Source: a virus
IMG/VR virus record: IMGVR_UViG_3300027833_003138
Location: 76,315-140,314 of that record
Length of the DNA: 64,000 nt
Direction: 5' to 3' (one strand)
Shown piece by piece: positions 8,599 to 17,367 of the stretch. The translations under genes were made by a program, and so were the position numbers. The notes beneath the pieces are model-generated. The model ran no database searches and was not told the DNA's origin. It was given only the letters and a program-made list of their open reading frames with translations. Numbering within the stretch: the stretch's first letter is position 1; each line of letters opens with the position of its first letter.

Positions 8599-11500
8599 AT
8601 GTCTATAAATCTCAATGTAACAGGTAATACGCAACCGCTTGAAGCGGCTGTTCAAGCGGCTGTAAACCGTATTCGCAAAACACCGATCAAAATAACGGTG
8701 GACGACAAGGGAGCTACTCAGCCGCTTGGAAATATGAAACGCGGAGCTGATGAGTTTAGCAAATCTATGGAAGCTGCTAACGCTCGTATCATTGCGTTTG
8801 GCGCAAGTATGGCGATAATAAATGGAGTAGCTGACGGCTTTAAGGCCTTAGTTAAAAATGTTGTTGAAGTCGAAAAAGCCCTTGCCGATATCAATGTAGT
8901 GATGAATTTATCTACAGCGAATTTAGAAAAATTCTCAAACGGCTTGTTTAAAACCGCCAAGGAAACTGGAGCAGCTTTTAACGTTGCCGCTGAAGCAGCT
9001 ACCGAATATGCTCGTCAAGGCTTGACAATGGAAGAGTCTTTAAAAAGAACTCGAGACGCTCTTATTTTGACCCGATTAACTGGAATGGATTCTGCAAATG
9101 CAGTAAAAGCTTTAACTGCAGCCATGAATACTTATGGAGATCAAATAAAAGACACTACTCAGTTGGTAAGTAAGTTTGCCGCTGTTGATGTTAAATTTGC
9201 GGTTAGCGCTGAGGACTTTGCGGATGCTATATCTCGTACTGGACAAGCAGCAAGAAGCGCTGGAGTAGATATTGATGAATTGGTTGGTCTTGTTACTGCG
9301 GCTCAGCAGAAAACCGCTCGAGGTGGTAAAGTAATCGGAAACTCATTTAAAACAATTTTCACAAGAATAGGAAGAACAGACACTTTAAATCAATTGGAAA
9401 ATCTGGGTATCGCTGTAAGAGATTTGGAAGGCAATACGATTGGCGCAAGAAGAATTTTAACCGATCTCGCTAACACTTTTGATCATCTTACGGAATCTCA
9501 AAAAGCACAAATAGCTCAGACGGTTGGTGGAGTTTTTCAAATCAATATATTAAAAGCTGTGTTGAGTGACGCTGCAAAGCAAAACGGTATACTTGCAAAC
9601 GCTACTCAAATCTCTGCAGGGGCCACCACAGAAGCTATAGACAAAAACGATCAATTAAGGCAGACCATGTCTGCAATGGCCACAGAAACCGGACTAGCTT
9701 TAAAGGAATTAAGTGCACAGATTGGAGAAATTATGCTTGCTCCGGGAATGGAAAAGGTTTTGAATGTTTTTAAGGGACTGGCTGAAGGAGCAAATGAAAT
9801 GCTTGGCGGTGGAGAATCCACTGGTAGCGATTTCGCTCAAGGTTTTTTAAAGGGCTTGGGTAATATCATAACTGGTCCAGGGTTGGTCGTTATTTCCGCA
9901 GTATTTATAAAGTTATTTGCTAAAGCTTTGGTTTATGCGAATCAAAGTCTGCAATCTTTAATTGGGGTAACAAGCGAAGCTCATAAACAAAAAGCAATAC
10001 AAACTTCTCTTGTTACTTTATTTGGGCAAAACGCAGCGATAAGCAAGGAAATGTTGCGAACCGATATTTCAAGAACGGAAAAGGAAAAAATAATCCTTGG
10101 ACTCTTGAAGGCTCAAGTTGTTGAAGCTAACATGTTGAACTCTGTATCAAAAAGCGTTGCTTCTAGTTTATACACGAAAGGTTACAATGCAAGCCTTGCC
10201 CCTCGAAAGGGAAGAGCGGGCGGACACATTCCAAATTTTGCAGATCCAGAACGCGAGCAAGCTGCGCGAGGTGGATATGCGGCTGGAACAATTCGTTCGA
10301 TGAATATGCCTGGCGAAGGCTCGGTGATATATAACAGCGCAGAAAAAGTAAAGAATTTTAAGGGGATGAGTCAACCTGCGATCATGCCTCCTCATTCAAG
10401 CAAAGCTGGAAAAAATTATCAACAAGCATTTGGTAGTATACATGGATTCGATCCATATGCAGCAGGAGGGTATATACCGAACTATGCGAGAGTAAAAGAT
10501 GTTCCAAATACTTATATGGATGTCCGAGCTTTTAAACAATTCGCAGGAATAAGAACTGGCGCTTCCTCGAGTAATACTAAGGCCACGGGAGCATATAACA
10601 CCCTTCGTCAATACGCAGAAACAAATAAACTTCAAAATTTATCTCCGGCAGCGCTTGTAAAGTCTTATAAAGGAAGCCAAACCCTAAAGAGCCCAAAAAA
10701 GTCTTTAGCCGCAATGCTTGTTCCCCCTGAAGGTTATAGTGGCAAGCCTTTTGCTAGCTACAGCGATCTTACGTGGCCAGTCTATTCCTTAAGGCCTGAC
10801 GCTCAAACCGACCCATCTTTAAGCAAAATGGTTGAGGGTGACTTCAAGTCGACGGGAAGTAAGTATGCTTCAAGAATCTCCAAAGTTCTAGAGAGGGGGC
10901 CAGTTAGTGAAAGTAAGATTTGGAAAACTATGCAGTCGGACACTGCTGGCGGAGCAAAAGGAGCATGGAAAGCTGCGGTAGGAGCTTTATTTGAAGCCGC
11001 AGTTAATTCCGCTTTAGATTATAGAAGTAAAGGGAGAGGTAAGGATGAGGGAGACTTCGATGTTCGAGGTGGGGATATAGGGATATTGTCAACAGCTTTT
11101 GATGGTTTTCCTGAGGGTATGACATTAGCCGATTACAAAAGCGATGACCGAAGTCCAGGAAATAAAGCTTCTTTTAGAAAAAAAGTACTTAAGCAACTTA
11201 AATTTAATAAATCCCAACAGCAAAACAAACTCAAACCAGGAAATTACGCCTCGGGGTTTATACCTAACTTCGCCGCAGCACGGCTAGCTCTCACGGGTGG
11301 ATTGGTTGGAAAAAACAAATTTGGCAATATAGATCGCAGGCAGATGACAAGACTGGTAAGATCTAATCCTTACTTCAACGGCTTGATGAATGAACATCTT
11401 ACATGGGACAGTTTTCCGAAAAAAGATAAGCGTAAATTAAGCGGGTGGCTACTCAAACAAGGGGTGTCTAACCGAGCCTTGCAAGCGTATGGTCTTGCAA

Positions 11501-14500
11501 GCATGCATTCAAAATCGATCGGAGAGGGAATCTCAAACTTAGCTATGGCGAAAGGCTTTATTCCCAACTTTGCTAACCCATTATCAGATGCAATAGGTCG
11601 AGAGAAAGCTGCAGGGGTTCCTGTTTCACAAATTCGTGTTGGCTCACACGGCGCGCTCATGGGTAAGAGTAACCCCCTCGGCCTCGGCGTAACCAATACG
11701 CAAGACGAACCAAATGGTCTGCGCGATGTAATTGGTGCAGCAGGCGGGTTTGTGCCGAATTATGCAGAGCCCGGCTTCCAAAGAACAGATGTAAACATTA
11801 AAGGCAGGAGAAAGCAAGATAAGCTTGTCGAAAAATTAAATCGAGAGCTAGAAAAGTATACAAACGCCTTTAAAAAAGGTCAACTCTCTCAGAAAAACTT
11901 AACCCAAGGAATAAAAAACCTTAATCAAAAATACGGCTTAAGCGAACAAACACAAAAGAGAGTCTTGAAAGAGACGAACAACTCTATAACTGCAACTCAA
12001 AAACTTAATGCAGCAAGACTAAGTACTACAAAAGCTTTAAGCGGCGGCGCCAAGGGAGCTATGGGGCTATGGGGAAAGGCGAACTCGAAAATAGAATCGT
12101 CCGCTTTAGGTAAAGGTTTAAGCTCCACAGGCGGCCAAATGGGCTTGATGATGGGAGCCCCTATGCTCGCTGGAATGCTTCAAGGCGACGGAATTGGAAC
12201 AGTAAGCGACACTAGTTATAAAGCGGGAGGGGTTGCTCAGGGGTTGGGCACTGGCGCCGCAATGGGTATGATGTTTGGACCGTTAGGTACTATTGTGGGG
12301 GGTACTATTGGTGCTTTTAAGGGTCTTGTGGACGCATCCAACGAACTCAAGGAAGCTCAAGAAAAAGCCATTAAAATTGCTAGAGAATCAAGCGTTCAGA
12401 CTGGCGCTGCTCTCGGCCAATCATTAGCTCCCGCTTTAGCTAAAACAGATTTTGGAAAAGGCGGTGCGGTCAATTTTTCTTTTGCAGGAAAGCAAAGAGA
12501 ATTAGATCTAGATAGCCCTAATCAGTTATCCACACGAAACGTCGAAGCGGGGCGATTTGGTATGAAAATGGGAGAAAATGTTAGGAGTCAAATGTTGGGT
12601 GGCTTAGATTTTGATTTAAAAAAATTGGTTGATGATTCGCGTGGGGGAAGATCTTTTGCTGAGCTTTCTAAAAATTTGTCTAAAGCTGGCTTAAGTGGAA
12701 CGGTGGTAGATAAAGAATTTTTAAAGGACGCTTTGTATGAAGAATATGATCCGGACTCAGAGTATGGAAAAACAAAAGCGAGAGGTGGGCCAGAAGCAAT
12801 TAAAAGAATTGAAGATCAGATCCTAGCTCAAATGGGGTCTGCTGCTAGGCCTGAAGCAATTAAGGCCGCATTAGATCAATTACCCGCTGATATGAAAATT
12901 CAAACTGCAGCGCTAGAAAAAGGCTCAACCGCAGGAGGGAGGTTCTTTGACAAAGGCGCTCTCGAATATTTTACTCCCGAAGAATTAAAAAGACAAATCG
13001 ACAAAGGTGACATTACGCAGGTCGCAAAAGCTTATGAAGATATTTTAAAACAAATCGACACCCAGAAAGAGGTAAACGCAGAAAATAATAAAGCCGTAAT
13101 CCTCCAACTCAATGCTCAACGAGCAATGGTAGCCGCTCAGCAAGAGACTCGGGATATACAATTCAATATAAAATCTTCATATGCAAAAATCGGCAGCTCA
13201 TTGTCTTTGCAAGCTAAAATCATGGGTAATTTTGCTACCGAGCAACAAAAAGCTCAATTAGATTATACAAAAGCAATCAACAAGGCTGCGCAATCATATG
13301 CTACCGGAGCTCAATCAGAGCAGGGTAAATACAGACAAGGTATGCTCGCTTTCTCTAAAAACGATAATATTGCTTCTGCTTTAAAAACAAGCTTAGCTCG
13401 GAAAAATTTAGTAGAACAGGCTGAACGTTCAGAAGATTTAGCTGGTCAATTTCCTAAGGACTCAGCAATCGAGGCAAAGGCTGAACAGATAGATTTAACA
13501 AATGAACTAATTAAACTATCAAATGAAGAATTATACGCAGAATTAAAAAAAGCAAATTTAAACACCGTGCAACTTCAAGCACTCGAAGACTACAAAAACA
13601 GCAAAGAAAAAAATATTGAATTATTAGTAAAAGAATTAGACCTATCCAACTCAATTGCAGAAAGTGAAAAGATAATAAATGATGCTATTGCAAGAAGAAA
13701 AGATTTAATTGCCGATGCGTCCACCGCAATTGGCATGTCTGATAAGCAACTCGCCCATAATCAAAAAATGCGAAGTTTTGCTGATAAGCTTGCCGCAGCG
13801 CAGAGATTAACCGCTTTTGGACCAGGATTTAAAACAGGAAAAGAGCAAGAAGATTTTAAAATGAAAGAAAAGCAATTTACTCTCGCAAGTTCCGCTATAA
13901 CTTTAAGAAAAAATGCTAAATCTGCGGTCAATAAAAAAATAAAAGAACGCACCGATCTCGAACTGCAACAACAGACAGCTCAAGAAAGAATCACGGCTCT
14001 GAAAGGGGGCGCCGAGTCAACTATCGAAAACGAGCAAAAAAAGTTAGAGGCGCTTCTTATTAAACAGCAACAGAATCTTGCTTTTATAGATCATGAAATA
14101 AAAAACATTAACGAATCAACAGAGGTTGAAATATCAAATGCCCAAAAACTCTTAGAAGAAGAGAAAAAAAGATTAAAACTTAAGAGGGAATACGAAACCG
14201 GACCTGGCGCAATGCGTAATGGAGCTCGCGATGCTCAAAAAAGAATTGTTGAGCAGGCTGAAACGATGGAGCTTAGGCTCGGAGGTGAATTAACAAATCA
14301 ATTTAGAGACGGCCTTGTTGACGGTATGCAAGCAGCAATAAATAAAGCCGATGACTTGAGCGATGTTATGAATAATATTGCAATGAATTTTCTTGGAGCA
14401 ATTCAACAAGCTTATCTTGGTAAAGCCGCCGATGCAATCGTTGGAGCTTTACCGTTTTCTAGCGGAGGAGGAGTAAGAAAATATTCTAAAGGAGGCGGAG

Positions 14501-15567
14501 TTCCTGCAATGGTTACTAATGGCGAATATGTAATGGGTCGCGACGCTGTGAAAAAATACGGTGGCGGATTTATGCATAGATTAAACGCAGGCGGAAAACT
14601 TCCAGGTTATTCAACTGGAGGTAAGCCAGACGAGCCTCAGCCAGGATCCGCTCTCGCTTCAAACTTTGGAGGAGGAGAAGGTTACAACACAGGAAGAAGA
14701 TATCAATCTCAAGCAATGTCTGGATTTTTCTACAGCGGACAAGCTGGGAACGTAGGACTTCAAGAAGATACTCAATATACAAAAGGTATCATTCAAGAAA
14801 GAATGAGAAAGGAAGCTGAGAAAAAAGCCAAAAAAAGAGCTTTAATGCAAATGATCGTAGGTACCGCTCTGAGTGTTGGAATTGGATCTCTCGCTAACGC
14901 CGGAATTGGGGCAATGGCAGAATCTGGAGCCTTAGGGGGAGGAGCTCAACAGCAAGCCTTATTGAAAGCTGCTCCAGAGGGAACTTTTGGCCCAATGGAC
15001 CCTAGTTCCGCTAGAAGATATGGAGGTTTCAGCGCACGCTTAAATCAAAACTTTGGGGGTAATGGATCATGGTCTTGGAACAAGAGTGAGCAGGATGGGT
15101 TCTCGAGCCAAGACCTAAGAAGCTTGCAGCCAGATTTTTTTCGTGGAGGAAGAGTGGGTAAATACGCCAACGGCGGCCACATAGCTGGCAAGTCTGGCAT
15201 CGATCAAATTCCCGCAATGCTCAGCGAAGGAGAGTATGTAATTCGCGCAAGTAGCGCTCGACAGCTCGGCAAACCAATGCTCGACCGAATAAATGCAGGA
15301 AAATTCAATGATGGTGGAGCAGTGACCCCCTTAACAGAAAACTCAGAAACTGGAACTTCTGGCGGAAATACAAATAATATTAATATAACGGTTAATATGG
15401 ACAAGGGAAGTGGGAAATCAGAAAAAAAGGATGATAAAGCAGGAGCCAATCCAAAAGACTCGTCAGAAGATCAAGAAAAAAGCACGCAGTTGGCGGAAAA
15501 AGTAAAACAACAAGTTATTTCTGTGATAATGGACGAGCAGCGACCAGGAGGCTTGTTGAGTGACTGA
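8599..15567 (+). CDS. Tail tape measure protein with internal cassettes
   Basis: 2322 aa. TP901-type N-terminal core (EYARQGL, SAEDFADAISRTG, GKVIGNSFKTIFTRI, LENLGI), long Ala/Gly-rich helices, C-terminal PAMLSEGEYV modules; canonical position. Confidence 0.95.
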   Translation: MSINLNVTGNTQPLEAAVQAAVNRIRKTPIKITVDDKGATQPLGNMKRGADEFSKSMEAANARIIAFGASMAIINGVADGFKALVKNVVEVEKALADINVVMNLSTANLEKFSNGLFKTAKETGAAFNVAAEAATEYARQGLTMEESLKRTRDALILTRLTGMDSANAVKALTAAMNTYGDQIKDTTQLVSKFAAVDVKFAVSAEDFADAISRTGQAARSAGVDIDELVGLVTAAQQKTARGGKVIGNSFKTIFTRIGRTDTLNQLENLGIAVRDLEGNTIGARRILTDLANTFDHLTESQKAQIAQTVGGVFQINILKAVLSDAAKQNGILANATQISAGATTEAIDKNDQLRQTMSAMATETGLALKELSAQIGEIMLAPGMEKVLNVFKGLAEGANEMLGGGESTGSDFAQGFLKGLGNIITGPGLVVISAVFIKLFAKALVYANQSLQSLIGVTSEAHKQKAIQTSLVTLFGQNAAISKEMLRTDISRTEKEKIILGLLKAQVVEANMLNSVSKSVASSLYTKGYNASLAPRKGRAGGHIPNFADPEREQAARGGYAAGTIRSMNMPGEGSVIYNSAEKVKNFKGMSQPAIMPPHSSKAGKNYQQAFGSIHGFDPYAAGGYIPNYARVKDVPNTYMDVRAFKQFAGIRTGASSSNTKATGAYNTLRQYAETNKLQNLSPAALVKSYKGSQTLKSPKKSLAAMLVPPEGYSGKPFASYSDLTWPVYSLRPDAQTDPSLSKMVEGDFKSTGSKYASRISKVLERGPVSESKIWKTMQSDTAGGAKGAWKAAVGALFEAAVNSALDYRSKGRGKDEGDFDVRGGDIGILSTAFDGFPEGMTLADYKSDDRSPGNKASFRKKVLKQLKFNKSQQQNKLKPGNYASGFIPNFAAARLALTGGLVGKNKFGNIDRRQMTRLVRSNPYFNGLMNEHLTWDSFPKKDKRKLSGWLLKQGVSNRALQAYGLASMHSKSIGEGISNLAMAKGFIPNFANPLSDAIGREKAAGVPVSQIRVGSHGALMGKSNPLGLGVTNTQDEPNGLRDVIGAAGGFVPNYAEPGFQRTDVNIKGRRKQDKLVEKLNRELEKYTNAFKKGQLSQKNLTQGIKNLNQKYGLSEQTQKRVLKETNNSITATQKLNAARLSTTKALSGGAKGAMGLWGKANSKIESSALGKGLSSTGGQMGLMMGAPMLAGMLQGDGIGTVSDTSYKAGGVAQGLGTGAAMGMMFGPLGTIVGGTIGAFKGLVDASNELKEAQEKAIKIARESSVQTGAALGQSLAPALAKTDFGKGGAVNFSFAGKQRELDLDSPNQLSTRNVEAGRFGMKMGENVRSQMLGGLDFDLKKLVDDSRGGRSFAELSKNLSKAGLSGTVVDKEFLKDALYEEYDPDSEYGKTKARGGPEAIKRIEDQILAQMGSAARPEAIKAALDQLPADMKIQTAALEKGSTAGGRFFDKGALEYFTPEELKRQIDKGDITQVAKAYEDILKQIDTQKEVNAENNKAVILQLNAQRAMVAAQQETRDIQFNIKSSYAKIGSSLSLQAKIMGNFATEQQKAQLDYTKAINKAAQSYATGAQSEQGKYRQGMLAFSKNDNIASALKTSLARKNLVEQAERSEDLAGQFPKDSAIEAKAEQIDLTNELIKLSNEELYAELKKANLNTVQLQALEDYKNSKEKNIELLVKELDLSNSIAESEKIINDAIARRKDLIADASTAIGMSDKQLAHNQKMRSFADKLAAAQRLTAFGPGFKTGKEQEDFKMKEKQFTLASSAITLRKNAKSAVNKKIKERTDLELQQQTAQERITALKGGAESTIENEQKKLEALLIKQQQNLAFIDHEIKNINESTEVEISNAQKLLEEEKKRLKLKREYETGPGAMRNGARDAQKRIVEQAETMELRLGGELTNQFRDGLVDGMQAAINKADDLSDVMNNIAMNFLGAIQQAYLGKAADAIVGALPFSSGGGVRKYSKGGGVPAMVTNGEYVMGRDAVKKYGGGFMHRLNAGGKLPGYSTGGKPDEPQPGSALASNFGGGEGYNTGRRYQSQAMSGFFYSGQAGNVGLQEDTQYTKGIIQERMRKEAEKKAKKRALMQMIVGTALSVGIGSLANAGIGAMAESGALGGGAQQQALLKAAPEGTFGPMDPSSARRYGGFSARLNQNFGGNGSWSWNKSEQDGFSSQDLRSLQPDFFRGGRVGKYANGGHIAGKSGIDQIPAMLSEGEYVIRASSARQLGKPMLDRINAGKFNDGGAVTPLTENSETGTSGGNTNNINITVNMDKGSGKSEKKDDKAGANPKDSSEDQEKSTQLAEKVKQQVISVIMDEQRPGGLLSD

Positions 15568-15569
15568 TC

Positions 15570-16451
15570 ATGACTTTCTCAAATTATGAACAAACTATAG
15601 TTGTAAACAATACCGCTCTTTCTGGAGTAGTAAATGTTAATGGAAGTTACGGAATAACAGAAAAGCCAATAAAGGTTGCTGGCGTAGGGTTTATAGACGC
15701 TTTTGTTAACGGTCCTCTTGAGGGTAATTTTTCGATTTCAAGAAAGATGGTAAGCAGGGATCCTATACTGGATCTGAATGTAGTCGGGCAGTACGCCTAC
15801 GACGAAAATGAAATAAGTGGATCAATTTTATACGACAATAACACAAAGGGTTTTGGGTTTACAAAAGGAAGAATTACTCGTTATTCAGTCAACTGTACAG
15901 TGGGCGATCTTCCTGATATTGAAACTGATATCACTGTATTTGGGGATCTAGGAAGCGGAATATTAATTCAAGAAGCTACCAAGCCTCATCCACCTATACA
16001 ATTTACTGACCAGGCCAGTATTTCAATAAACGTAAGCGATTTTTCAACAGACGCAGTAACAGATTTCAGCTTTAGTCGAGCTTTAAATTTGCAGCCAATG
16101 TATGCAATTCCAAAAGGCACCGAAGCCGAATGGCATGCCGACAGCAAAACCACTTACGAAAATCATGATCCAATACAAATCGATACAATTTATCCAATCG
16201 AAACGGATATTAATTTTACAATGATTGTAAATGAATACGAAGTAAGACAAACCAAAGATCGTCTCAGAGCGGCTCCAGAAAGCGATGTCGTTATTCAAAT
16301 AAAAGATTCTAAAACAAAAGAAGTTATTAATGCTTTTACTGGCGTTAAGGCTAGATTAATAAGCGAATCTATAACATCCTCGGTCGAAGGAGAAATGAGT
16401 ATATCTTTAACTTATAAATCATATGAGACCCTTCATAATCCAGTAATATGA
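15570..16451 (+). CDS. Tail-tube-fold tail tip protein
   Basis: FTKGRITRYSVNCTVGDLP resembles the tube motif GYVSNYSIEASVGSMP; directly follows the TMP. Confidence 0.45.
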   Translation: MTFSNYEQTIVVNNTALSGVVNVNGSYGITEKPIKVAGVGFIDAFVNGPLEGNFSISRKMVSRDPILDLNVVGQYAYDENEISGSILYDNNTKGFGFTKGRITRYSVNCTVGDLPDIETDITVFGDLGSGILIQEATKPHPPIQFTDQASISINVSDFSTDAVTDFSFSRALNLQPMYAIPKGTEAEWHADSKTTYENHDPIQIDTIYPIETDINFTMIVNEYEVRQTKDRLRAAPESDVVIQIKDSKTKEVINAFTGVKARLISESITSSVEGEMSISLTYKSYETLHNPVI

Positions 16452-17365
16452 GCAAGCCTTTTTTAAGATTTGAAGATGGTAAGATTTCTTTGGGAGGCAA
16501 GGATCTAATGGTTCAGTCTGCTAATTTATCAATAACCCCAACTCTAGAACCAGAAAGAGTATATGGAGACCTTGATCTCTCGATAGTCGGAGCGAAAACC
16601 GAGTTTGTTAATTTTGCAGCTACCGCAGGTCTTCGCGGCAAGCTTGATATTTCTTTTGTAATTACTGCTGAATTTTTTAAACAAAATAATATTATTAATT
16701 CTATTGATAGATTGTTTGAAATAAAAGACGGTATGAGTGAAAATCCTATTGATGGAAATATAGTTGGTCGTTATTTATTTGATAATATGTATTTAACTAA
16801 TTTTAGTTTTAGTATAGCTCCTTTTCAAGTTATACAAGCTAATGCAAGTTATGATATATATGGTACAATATTAAAAACAGTAGATAGAAGGTTTCAAGAA
16901 TTAAATATTGATCCTGCTCACGGACTTAAATCATTTGGAGAAATAAAAGCAAGCAATACAAATATGGACACCGCGAATAAAAAACAATTTGAGGTATCTA
17001 AATTAAATTATAATATAATAGTGGGAAGGAAGATACATAATCATATAAAAGACGGCGAACATACCTCTATTAATACAACCGCGAATGGAGTGGTTCCTAC
17101 TCGCGTGTCAATTGAGAATATTGAAGCAGAGATGAATATAGAATCAAACGACATGGTAAGAAATTTAAATCCAGACGGAAATTATCAATCAGGAACAACT
17201 CCCGAAGGTTTAAGCGACTCTACTATACAGGCTTTTTTGTACAGCTTGCAGGGAGAAAAGATCGCTAATTTCTCTTGTTCTGGAAGGATACACGGTCAGT
17301 CAATTTCAATATCAGAGGGCTCGCATGCGATGGGTTCAGTATCTGTAAAGCAGATAATTAAATAA
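16448..17365 (+). CDS. Tail-tube-fold tail tip protein
   Basis: FDNMYLTNFSFSIAP motif; overlapping start; tail tip context. Confidence 0.4.
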   Translation: MSKPFLRFEDGKISLGGKDLMVQSANLSITPTLEPERVYGDLDLSIVGAKTEFVNFAATAGLRGKLDISFVITAEFFKQNNIINSIDRLFEIKDGMSENPIDGNIVGRYLFDNMYLTNFSFSIAPFQVIQANASYDIYGTILKTVDRRFQELNIDPAHGLKSFGEIKASNTNMDTANKKQFEVSKLNYNIIVGRKIHNHIKDGEHTSINTTANGVVPTRVSIENIEAEMNIESNDMVRNLNPDGNYQSGTTPEGLSDSTIQAFLYSLQGEKIANFSCSGRIHGQSISISEGSHAMGSVSVKQIIK

Positions 17366-17367
17366 TC

